Positions 1 to 8,063 of a DNA stretch of 64,000 nucleotides are shown piece after piece. Numbering within the stretch: position 1 is the first letter of the stretch; each line of letters opens with the position of its first letter. The DNA is from a bacterium (GTDB lineage Bacteria > Hinthialibacterota > Hinthialibacteria > Hinthialibacterales > Hinthialibacteraceae), in assembly GCA_963662285.2 (NCBI GenBank), contig CAXXMV010000002.1, positions 352,001 to 416,000 on the forward strand, written 5' to 3'. A program made the translations under genes and the position numbers. The notes below the pieces were generated by a model. It saw nothing but the letters and a program-made list of their open reading frames with translations, searched no databases and was not told the DNA's origin.

Positions 1-369
1 TTTAAACCTTTGTGCGCAATATGCATTGACGCCGATTATGCGAAAGTATTGGGAAACCGGGTTGGATTACTTGAATTCACTTTCATCGGTCTATTAACTG
101 CAACGGTATTGTTTTCAATATATTACGTCAATTACTTGTTCACCGTAGCCATGTTGATTTTCCCCGGCCTTTGTGGACGTTTGGTTTCAGTTCAGCTTCG
201 GAAAATGGTTTTTGTCTCAATCATTTTAGGCGTATCCTCGTGTGTTTTAAGCGTTTTTCTTTCTAAGGCGATAATTGATTGGCCATCTACAATCATATTA
301 GTTGTTATTCAACTGGCCTTGGCGGTGTTGTTTTTCGGGAGTAATCGGATTCGTGCCTTGAACGCATAG
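1..369 (+). CDS. Metal (Mn/Zn/Fe) ABC transporter permease, C-terminal part (truncated by window edge)
   Basis: Frame is open from base 1 (FKPLCAICIDADYAKVLG...). Hydrophobic helices and the AI-x-D-xx-YA-xxx-G and A-MLI-P patterns resemble ZnuB/MntB-type permeases. Confidence 0.55.
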   Translation, partial: FKPLCAICIDADYAKVLGNRVGLLEFTFIGLLTATVLFSIYYVNYLFTVAMLIFPGLCGRLVSVQLRKMVFVSIILGVSSCVLSVFLSKAIIDWPSTIILVVIQLALAVLFFGSNRIRALNA

Positions 370-384
370 AAACGGAGGCCGTAA

Positions 385-1410
385 TTGAATAAACCAATTT
401 TGGCGATAACTATGGGCGACGCAGCGGGCGTCGGTCCGGAAATAATAGCAAAAGCCTTGTCGCATGATGATGTTTTACAAAAGTGTTCTCTGCTGATTAT
501 CGGTTCTGAACGCGCCTTGCAACGTGGAATGGAAATAACCGGCTGCTCGTTTGCTTATGATAAATATACCCCTGGCCATGATTTGCCATCCAATTTAAGC
601 GCTATAACCCTTTTGAATGAAGAAGGTTTTTTCGACGAGCATCTCCCGCTGGCGGCGATTGAAGCATCATGCGGCGCCGCAGCTTTCTCATGGTTGAATC
701 AGGGGATTCAATTAGCCTTAAACCATAAGGTCGCCGCTGTGGTTACGGCGCCTCTGCATAAAGAGGCATTAAACCAAGCCGGACATCATTACGCCGGGCA
801 TACCGAGATTTTGGCTGAAAAGACGGGTACGGAAAAATTCAGTTTAATGCTGATATCTGGATTATTCCGCGTGGTGCATGTCACCTGTCATGAAGCATTG
901 GCGGATGTAGGCCCCATGCTGACTCAAGAGCGCATCATCAACTCCATTACCCTATTCGATCATGCTCTGACCAATCTGGATCAACATCGACCGCGCATTG
1001 CCGTCTGCGCATTCAATCCTCATGCTGGCGAGGGAGGATTGTTTGGCAAAGAAGAGCAGGAATCCATTCAACCAGCCATCGAGTATTGCGCTTCTGAAGG
1101 AATTAATGTTGAAGGGCCGTTTCCATCTGATTCCATCTTCCCCCAGCTGATCGGGGGACGCTATAACGGCGTGGTAGCCATGTATCACGATCAAGGGCAT
1201 ATCCCATTCAAACTGGCCAATTTTAAATTTGATCCAATAAATAAGGAATGGGAGACGGTTACTGGAGTCAATGTGACCTTGGGACTGCCTATTATTCGCA
1301 CTTCGGTTGATCATGGGACAGCATTTGATATTGCTGGTACAGGCAAAGCGTCAGAGCGGTCTTTGCTAGATGCTATTGATGTTGCGTTGCGCTTAACGCA
1401 TAAAGAGTAA
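385..1410 (+). CDS. pdxA: 4-hydroxythreonine-4-phosphate dehydrogenase PdxA (or PdxA2-type paralog)
   Basis: Motifs AITMGDAAGVGPE, GHTE, NPHAGE, AMYHDQG, GVNVTLGLPIIRTSVDHGTAFDIAG. GGAGG RBS before the TTG start. Confidence 0.92.
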   Translation: MNKPILAITMGDAAGVGPEIIAKALSHDDVLQKCSLLIIGSERALQRGMEITGCSFAYDKYTPGHDLPSNLSAITLLNEEGFFDEHLPLAAIEASCGAAAFSWLNQGIQLALNHKVAAVVTAPLHKEALNQAGHHYAGHTEILAEKTGTEKFSLMLISGLFRVVHVTCHEALADVGPMLTQERIINSITLFDHALTNLDQHRPRIAVCAFNPHAGEGGLFGKEEQESIQPAIEYCASEGINVEGPFPSDSIFPQLIGGRYNGVVAMYHDQGHIPFKLANFKFDPINKEWETVTGVNVTLGLPIIRTSVDHGTAFDIAGTGKASERSLLDAIDVALRLTHKE

Positions 1411-1425
1411 GAGCAGGTCTACCGC

Positions 1426-2469
1426 ATGAAAGAAGAGTCCGCCAAGCGTATACTCGATCCCGCTGCTGAGCAGGATGATATATTAACGCCTGAATCTATC
1501 CGCCCGCAAACATTGTTTAATTTCATCGGCCAGGCGGAATTAAAAAGCAAGATGGAAATTTGCATTGAAGCAGCGCTCAAACGGGGCGAGGCCTTAGACC
1601 ACGTTTTATTCTCAGGGCCGCCGGGGTTGGGCAAAACCACTCTGGCGCACATTGTCGCCAACGAAATGGGCGGTAATATCCGGTCGACTTCCGGTCCGGT
1701 GATTGAGCGTAAAGCTGATCTGGCTGGCTTGATGACCGAATTGCAACAAGGAGACGTGCTGTTCATTGATGAAATTCACCGCTTGAACCGGGTAGTGGAA
1801 GAATGCCTCTATCCCGCCATGGAAGATTTCTTTATCGATATCCTGATCGGTGAAGGACCGCACGCCAAATCAGTAAAAATTGACTTGCCTCAATTCACAT
1901 TAGTAGGCGCCACAACCCGTTCGGGCATGTTGACTGGTCCGTTACGCGACCGTTTTGGCATCCAATGCCGCCTTAATTTTTATAACCCTGAAGATATAGA
2001 AAAGATTTTGATACGGTCGGCCAAAGTTTTTAAGATTCCTTTTGAGTACGATGGATTGCGGGAATTGTCTATGCGCTCTCGCCGCACTCCACGGGTGGCC
2101 AATCGGCTTTTACGCCGGGTCCGCGATTACGCCCAGGTTCGTTCTGATGGAATCTTGACGCGTAAAGTAGTGGAAGAAGCGCTCAGCCTGCTGGAGATTG
2201 ATGAACAAGGCCTGGATCAAATGGATCGGCGTATCATGCAGACCATTGTGGATAAGTTCGGAGGAGGCCCGGTCGGGCTGCGAACCCTGGCTATATCTAT
2301 CGGCGAGGATGATGGTACGCTGGAAGAAGTCTATGAACCGTTTCTGATTCAAGAAGGATTTATAAACCGAACCCCCGGCGGACGCATACTAACCGCTAAA
2401 GGTTACGCCCACCTAGGATTGAAGCTGCAAGAAGATTTTCCCCTGCAAGGCGGGTTATTCAGCGATTAG
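1426..2469 (+). CDS. ruvB: Holliday junction branch migration helicase RuvB
   Basis: Walker [45 protein letters not shown]. Confidence 0.97.
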   Translation: MKEESAKRILDPAAEQDDILTPESIRPQTLFNFIGQAELKSKMEICIEAALKRGEALDHVLFSGPPGLGKTTLAHIVANEMGGNIRSTSGPVIERKADLAGLMTELQQGDVLFIDEIHRLNRVVEECLYPAMEDFFIDILIGEGPHAKSVKIDLPQFTLVGATTRSGMLTGPLRDRFGIQCRLNFYNPEDIEKILIRSAKVFKIPFEYDGLRELSMRSRRTPRVANRLLRRVRDYAQVRSDGILTRKVVEEALSLLEIDEQGLDQMDRRIMQTIVDKFGGGPVGLRTLAISIGEDDGTLEEVYEPFLIQEGFINRTPGGRILTAKGYAHLGLKLQEDFPLQGGLFSD

Positions 2470-2538
2470 CAAGAATAAGCAGAAAAAGCCCTGCCTCAGT
2501 GAGATTAAATCTATTATTGGTTATTTCTTTGTGAAGGG

Positions 2539-2589
2539 AATTGCTATCAACCCTCTCCTAGCCTCTCCCAATCTTGGGAGAGGAATGTT
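2539..2589. repeat. REP-like palindromic repeat, copy 1
   Basis: 51 nt (AATTGCTATCAACCCTCTCCTAGCCTCTCCCAATCTTGGGAGAGGAATGTT) matching 59282-59332 at 49/51 positions. Contains the hairpin CCTCTCCCAA-TC-TTGGGAGAGG. A related inverted unit follows at about 2648-2684. Confidence 0.85.
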
Positions 2590-2749
2590 TATCTACAGTA
2601 TTATGTATAACTAAGATTTTGCATATAACTGGTGATATGTGCAAAATCCCTTTCCCCCAAGTTTGGGGGAGAATTCAAGAGGGGCTTGTTTTCTTAACCT
2701 TGGATTTTCGATTGGCGTAACAGTCATAGCCTAAAAACTATTTTCAGGA

Positions 2750-3688
2750 TTAAAACCTATGGCACTCCAGACATTTTTGAGAAGATACCCCCATCATCAT
2801 ACGATGGGGCATTGTTTTAAATAATTGATTTGGCGTGCGAATTTTGCTGCCTTGCGGAAAGTGGCACAGGATGCATTGTGAGGCCTGATTATGGAAGGGC
2901 GCCCCAGTAACCGGAGGCGCCGTGGCTTGATGGCATTCCAGACACTCATCACTCCGATGGCAGGTCATACAACTGGAGCGGTCAAAAGAGGCCTTGATCC
3001 CATGGGTTTTCCTGCGCCATAAGTTGCTATGGCTTTTAGGTTTATTATTGCTATGGCAGATAAAGCACGAATCTTCTTCATGACAAATCAGGCAAGATTC
3101 CTTATCATCAAAAACCATCTGTCGTCCATGAGTCTTCGTCCAATGCTTGGTATGAGATGCCGGAGCAGTTATTAAATCCAACTCCCGGTGACATGATTGG
3201 CAGTCGGTAGACAATCCCGACTGCTCCTGATTATCGATAGCATTATCCATAGTCGGAATATTTTTCAATGAAGAGAAATCTGATTTGGGAATATTTTTGT
3301 GGCAAGACAGGCAATCCGTATCCTCATTCAGGAAATCACTGTGTTTGTAATCCAACTCACTCCATTTCTTATCCACAAATGGAAGAATAAGATTCCGGTG
3401 AGAGACCACCTTCTCTTCCGTTATCTCGATTTTCTCCTTCTCATGACATTCCATGCATGATTTGAGAGCATCATCTTCTAACTCATGACAATTCAGACAA
3501 AGTTCAAAAGTGGGTACAGTGATATCCGCATCCCCCAGTTCGTGACATTCCTCACAACCGACTTCTTGTTCAAAATGAATTTTGTGAGGGAAGATATGTG
3601 GGAGATTATCGGGGTCGCACGACATCATCAGGAAACCTATTACTCCAGCGAACAAAATAGCTTTATAAGAATTATGAGATAGTTTCAT
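2750..3688 (-). CDS. Multiheme c-type cytochrome lipoprotein (11 CxxCH)
   Basis: Counted CEECH, CLNCH, CMECH, CLSCH, CQSCH, CLICH, CFICH, CMTCH, CLECH, CILCH, CLECH. Likely start is the ATG at 3688 (MKLSHN), directly after the upstream stop. Signal peptide ends in lipobox-like FLMMS|C. Confidence 0.88.
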   Translation of the reverse strand: MKLSHNSYKAILFAGVIGFLMMSCDPDNLPHIFPHKIHFEQEVGCEECHELGDADITVPTFELCLNCHELEDDALKSCMECHEKEKIEITEEKVVSHRNLILPFVDKKWSELDYKHSDFLNEDTDCLSCHKNIPKSDFSSLKNIPTMDNAIDNQEQSGLSTDCQSCHRELDLITAPASHTKHWTKTHGRQMVFDDKESCLICHEEDSCFICHSNNKPKSHSNLWRRKTHGIKASFDRSSCMTCHRSDECLECHQATAPPVTGAPFHNQASQCILCHFPQGSKIRTPNQLFKTMPHRMMMGVSSQKCLECHRF

Positions 3689-3689
3689 T

Positions 3690-5078
3690 TTAGAAATGCA
3701 CCCCCAATTCCAGCCGGAGCGAATACCATTGGTCGTCATCGTAATCGCTATCCTCAATTTGAAAAGTTGCGGCTGTATAGAGTTTCCGGTTTGGCTTCCA
3801 TTTGACGCGCGTGAAATAGGTCAATACATCCGGCGTTATACGGAAGATGTTGTCCTGTCCGGTATTATATAAAATAAATTCATCCCTGAATTCCTGGACA
3901 TACTCACCATAATCAACGCCAAATGATAAGTCCCATTTTTTGGAAGGAGAATATTCTATTTCTCCCGTGATCCCCGTAAATTCATCGCCCGAATCAACAT
4001 CCCAGAACTCACCATCAATGCTTAGCGTAAGTTTATCCAGAGGATAAAATTCCGCTCCGGCAATGAATCGTACAAAATCCCGATTGGTATAGGCGCTGAC
4101 GGGATCAGAAGTGCTTTCGGTTTCACGGAAATCCAGTCCAACGTGAAGGCTCATCCATGAATTCAGGCCTTTACTGAGAAATGAAGAGAAATAAGTAAAA
4201 GGTTCATATCCATTGAGTAAAGGGAAGTAGGGATTGAAATTAATGGTGTGGTCGCCAATATTATCGAAAAGATGGATGATTTGAATGGATGCATCCACAT
4301 CCCAAACATCCACTCTTCCATGCCAATCCGATTGTAAAAGGTACGGCTCGCCGTCGAGTAATGATAGTTCTAAATGAGTTTGTAAATTGGGAGTAAATCG
4401 ATGCCACAATTGGGCTTCAATCAGATCATCTCTAAATTGATCCGTATCGTATCGATAGAAAAGCAACGCTGCTTTGGTATGAGGAGAGAAACGGTACTCA
4501 AAATTCGTACCATATAAAGCGTCCCCATGAGTAGATGAATAATACGTGATCGGACGCCCGCCAAAAACAGTTATCTCCAGAGGATCAATCGGTGAAAATT
4601 GGTATGACGCTCCATCGAAATGAGCGTAATCCACCATTTCCAGGAACTGCCGCCCGACTCTTAAACGGCTCTCGTCAAATCCAATCTGCTTAAAATCCAG
4701 GTATCCTAGATAGTAACGAAAACGGATATCGGCTGATGAATTCAAATCAACGAAGGGATCATAACTATCCGTTGTATTTAACGAACTGGCGCCATTCAGG
4801 TCTTCATGCCATGACATTGAAAAAGCGCCGTCAATCCGATCCTTGACAATATCTTCCATGTTTAATGAAAAGAACTCATAAAGATCATGGTCATCACGAC
4901 TACCGTAATCGCGGAACCAATAAGTAGAATGTAGACTCCCTGATAGTTTGAGTGATTCCAGAATACGAGTGGGAGTAACGCTATCTATAATTTCCGCACT
5001 TTCCTGGCTGTAAACCGGCGGGGATATAATTATCCCGATCCAAAGTATGCATATAAATGGGAGACATTTGTTATTCAT
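3690..5078 (-). CDS. Outer-membrane beta-barrel protein (putative porin of a porin-cytochrome complex)
   Basis: Sec signal peptide, alternating amphipathic aromatic-rich beta-strands, C-terminal BAM-type signal LRLELGVHF. Lies between two multiheme cytochromes. Confidence 0.78.
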   Translation of the reverse strand: MNNKCLPFICILWIGIIISPPVYSQESAEIIDSVTPTRILESLKLSGSLHSTYWFRDYGSRDDHDLYEFFSLNMEDIVKDRIDGAFSMSWHEDLNGASSLNTTDSYDPFVDLNSSADIRFRYYLGYLDFKQIGFDESRLRVGRQFLEMVDYAHFDGASYQFSPIDPLEITVFGGRPITYYSSTHGDALYGTNFEYRFSPHTKAALLFYRYDTDQFRDDLIEAQLWHRFTPNLQTHLELSLLDGEPYLLQSDWHGRVDVWDVDASIQIIHLFDNIGDHTINFNPYFPLLNGYEPFTYFSSFLSKGLNSWMSLHVGLDFRETESTSDPVSAYTNRDFVRFIAGAEFYPLDKLTLSIDGEFWDVDSGDEFTGITGEIEYSPSKKWDLSFGVDYGEYVQEFRDEFILYNTGQDNIFRITPDVLTYFTRVKWKPNRKLYTAATFQIEDSDYDDDQWYSLRLELGVHF

Positions 5079-5112
5079 ACTTTATACTCTTTTTCAGTGA
5101 TATTTACGTGAT

Positions 5113-5709
5113 CTACTCCGTTTTTTTCTTTTCTACTTTATGAGCGATAAGTTTGATTGCCTGTTCAAAATCAAATCCTGATTTTTTGCCCTCTTTATCG
5201 GTATACCTATCCGTTTTCCAATTAGGACTTTCCGGATTATGACATTTTATACAGGTTTTCTCATTGGGTTCCCAAATATGAGGAATAACTTTCTCTCCCC
5301 GTTTTGATTCGAGATGCAACTCGCTCGGTCCATGGCACATTTCGCACTGAGTACTGAGCATTGATTTCAGATAAGCCGTCTCGTCCTTTTTGGATTTGAT
5401 ATCCTCAAAAGCGGCGAATGGCGGCTCGAAATCTTTTATTTGAAAACCGCCTGGTTCTCCATATCCAGTGGTGTGGCACTTCAAACACTTGGGGTCTTTT
5501 TGCTCGTCGCCTTTAAGCAAGAAAAAAGTTTTATAATGTTTTCGAGTCATCCAGTCATCAAGGTATTTGCCGGTTGATTTCAGGTTGTGGCACTTTTTGC
5601 ATTTTAGCGCTCCAACAAACTCCACTTTCTTTTCTTCGGTCATTGTCTGGGAAATTAACAATGTGCCAAGCAATCCTGTGATCATAAAAGTTATAAGTAA
5701 GCGCTTCAT
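5113..5709 (-). CDS. Periplasmic tetraheme cytochrome c554-family protein
   Basis: FVG-xxx-CKKCH, CLKCHTTG, CEMCHGP, CIKCH. Signal peptide MKRLLITFMITGLLG. Likely ATG start at 5709 with GGAG upstream. Confidence 0.85.
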   Translation of the reverse strand: MKRLLITFMITGLLGTLLISQTMTEEKKVEFVGALKCKKCHNLKSTGKYLDDWMTRKHYKTFFLLKGDEQKDPKCLKCHTTGYGEPGGFQIKDFEPPFAAFEDIKSKKDETAYLKSMLSTQCEMCHGPSELHLESKRGEKVIPHIWEPNEKTCIKCHNPESPNWKTDRYTDKEGKKSGFDFEQAIKLIAHKVEKKKTE

Positions 5710-5735
5710 GGGAGTACTCCCTATTTCCAAAAATT

Positions 5736-5749
5736 TTGACTATTATCAA
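5736..5749. promoter_or_regulatory. FNR/CRP-family-like binding site
   Basis: TTGAC-TATT-ATCAA, one mismatch from TTGAT-N4-ATCAA, in the divergent region just upstream of the cytochrome operon. Confidence 0.4.
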
Positions 5750-5865
5750 AAAAGCTTATTCAATAATAATTATTATTCGAGGGGAGTTATGGTTTTTGTC
5801 AGAATTAATCGATAGAATCCCCCATAGAAAGATTTCTTATAATTACAATGATGTAAAAAAATCAC

Positions 5866-6571
5866 TTTTTCCTTGCCATAGTTTTTCTGGCAGGGGAAAT
5901 GATTGTAATTTCCGTTGATTTTTTCCGAGGCATGAAAAATCCTTAAATAGGAATTTTGATATATATCGTTGGTCCAATGATTTCAGCAACGGGCTTGTTA
6001 CGCGTTCCATTTGGTATGTGGCTGGAACTTAGAAAACGGTTGAAAGGAATAGAATCAAAAGCATTACCAGTTTTTGATCTGAATAATCCGCAGTATAAGT
6101 TCAATCTTGCTGTTTTATCGAATAGCCCATCACCCAGCATCCATTGGCATATCGGTTTTAATTACGAAGTAGAATAGTATGCCAGCGATGAAGATCGTCA
6201 AGTAATCCCCTGGATTCCGGTAATCCACAATGATGACAGGATCGAAGAATTTGTTAGTGAAGACGCAGTTGATTTTGATGTTACTATAATTACCGGAATG
6301 GAAAGCGGATTGGACGGTTTATCCCTGGAATAATGGACATTTTGAGTTCCCCGGATGTTATCGTTGCCATGATGATTTACATAAAAACGCTGAGGGTGGA
6401 AGCATCAGCAATGACTGTAATTTATGCCACAAGATTGTTCGTCAGGGAGAGGGTTGGGACGAAATTTCCAATCTGCAATCTCAAGAACAAAAGTTTAATC
6501 ATCCCAGAGGGATAGGAGATGACTGGGAGGGACAAAATTGTGATGAATGCCATGCGCCGGGGATGATTTGA
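5866..6571 (+). pseudogene. Degraded ImcH-like (NapC/NirT-type, GSU3259-like) inner-membrane multiheme cytochrome
   Basis: Three collinear remnants: TM region LAIVFLAGEMIVISVDFFRGMKNP*IGILIYIVGP...LPVFDLNNP; middle IHWHIGFNYEVE*YASDEDRQVIPW; and, in another frame from 6290, PEWKADWTVYPWNNGHFEFPGCYRCHD...CNLCH...FNHP...CDECH...stop 6569-6571. In-frame stops at 5944 and 6175, two large internal deletions and one frameshift. Confidence 0.85.
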
Positions 6572-6640
6572 TTTGAAATATTAAGAATAGAAAAGATAAT
6601 TTAACGAATTTAAGAGATAAATAAAAATATGTAAATAATC

Positions 6641-7561
6641 TCAAAGCAAACTATAAGCGAATTTTTCAAAGTAAGTTCGGCTGAATTTTCCTTTATCAAC
6701 ATCTTCTTTGATCATATGCAATGCGTCTATAGGTTTCATTGCGTTGCGGTAAGGCCGGGATTCGTTGGTTAAAGCTTCGTATGCGTCGATGATGCCGATT
6801 ATCTGTCCGCAATCGGAAATTTTAGAAATTTTGTTGGGGTAACCGCTCCCATCCAGTTTCTCATGATGTTCCATGATAGCGCACTTGAGGCATTCGTTAT
6901 CAAGGTTGCTATCTTCAATGATCTCAAAACCCAGTGAGGTATGAGTTTTCATGATAGCAAATTCACTGTCATTCAATTTTCTCGGCGCCGTTAGAATGTC
7001 AGAGGAAATCCTGGTTTTCCCCAGATCGTGATAAAGCGCTCCAAGCCCCATATTTAAGGTTTCCTCCATGCTGTATCCAACGCCAAAACAATAAGAAATT
7101 ACCAGAGCCATAACGTTGATGGAATGAATTGTGGTTGTGTAATCCTTGAAGGAGAGAGAGGCCAGAGATTTGAGGTTATCAGGCTGACCTACGTATTGGA
7201 GTATCAGAATTTCCATCGTATCCGGCATGGTTTCTAATTTGCCGCTTCGAGGATCTTCCAGCGCGTCTTCAACCAAAGTAACCAATATCTCTTTGACTTG
7301 AGCGATGTTCCCGCTTTTGATCTCTTTTTCAAGTTTTTTGTTATATATTTGCTGAATCTCAATAGCAGCTTGCTTCTTATCTTTTTCATCTATGAACAAA
7401 ATGGGAAAATTGCCATTCCCTAGTCGCACATCTGATATTCTTTTTCCCGCAGGTTTATAAAGTATGTAATGATTATTGGCTGATCGATAATATAAATCGA
7501 CGTCTTTATAGTGTCTGACAAATTCATCATTAACTTGGAGATAGGTATTTGAATCTATCAT
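6641..7561 (-). CDS. HD-GYP domain phosphodiesterase (cyclic di-nucleotide turnover)
   Basis: HSINV, YHDLGK, HHEKLDGSGYP, DAYEALT, RPYR. Likely start is the ATG at 7561 (MIDSN); the ORF track extends to 7606. Confidence 0.88.
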   Translation of the reverse strand: MIDSNTYLQVNDEFVRHYKDVDLYYRSANNHYILYKPAGKRISDVRLGNGNFPILFIDEKDKKQAAIEIQQIYNKKLEKEIKSGNIAQVKEILVTLVEDALEDPRSGKLETMPDTMEILILQYVGQPDNLKSLASLSFKDYTTTIHSINVMALVISYCFGVGYSMEETLNMGLGALYHDLGKTRISSDILTAPRKLNDSEFAIMKTHTSLGFEIIEDSNLDNECLKCAIMEHHEKLDGSGYPNKISKISDCGQIIGIIDAYEALTNESRPYRNAMKPIDALHMIKEDVDKGKFSRTYFEKFAYSLL

Positions 7562-8063
7562 TGTTTTATATCCGTGAAGTAGTAACAAGTTGCAATTCAA
7601 TCCCATTATTTACTAATGGAATTAGTATTTTGAAAATGCCGCAATAATAACATCGACTCACGTATGTCTTGCATCGCTTTTAGAATTCAACGGTGATTCC
7701 ATCCGCGATTTAACATCTTGATCTAGTTTAAATTATTACTGCATTGAGCCAGAAAGGAAGTGCATAAATAGATATTAACATTTTCAATATGTAACAAATT
7801 GATACAGGTAAATTTTTTTGTTCTACGGCTAATTTGCTCGGATTCGTAAATTCCCTTTAAAACTTATGATATGATACACCTTGCAAAACATAGTTTCTAT
7901 GTCATCCCGCGAAAATGTTTGCAATATTTATTTTATGTAAAGATATAAAACAATAAAAAATATTGTCCTTAATGGCGTAATCATCTTTGGATTAAATTAA
8001 TTATAAGGAATACTTTTATCCGTATCAATTACCTTACAATCAGGGGAAATTCAGGTATTCGTA

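Noticed and set aside
3689-3757. N-terminal extension of the 11-heme cytochrome given in the ORF track
   Set aside because: It overlaps the porin gene. The ATG at 3688 gives a proper lipoprotein signal peptide.
5944-6177. Stop-codon readthrough or recoding (TAA 5944, TAG 6175 at probable Tyr positions) in the ImcH-like region
   Set aside because: Two different stop codons are involved, alongside large deletions and a frameshift, and TAA and TAG terminate normal genes throughout the window. This fits decay, not an alternative code or pyrrolysine.
5956-6515. ORFs 5956-6177, 5943-6140 and 6333-6515 as independent small genes
   Set aside because: The first is a fragment of the pseudogene. The others are antisense or off-frame to it; the heme-bearing frame is 6290-6571.
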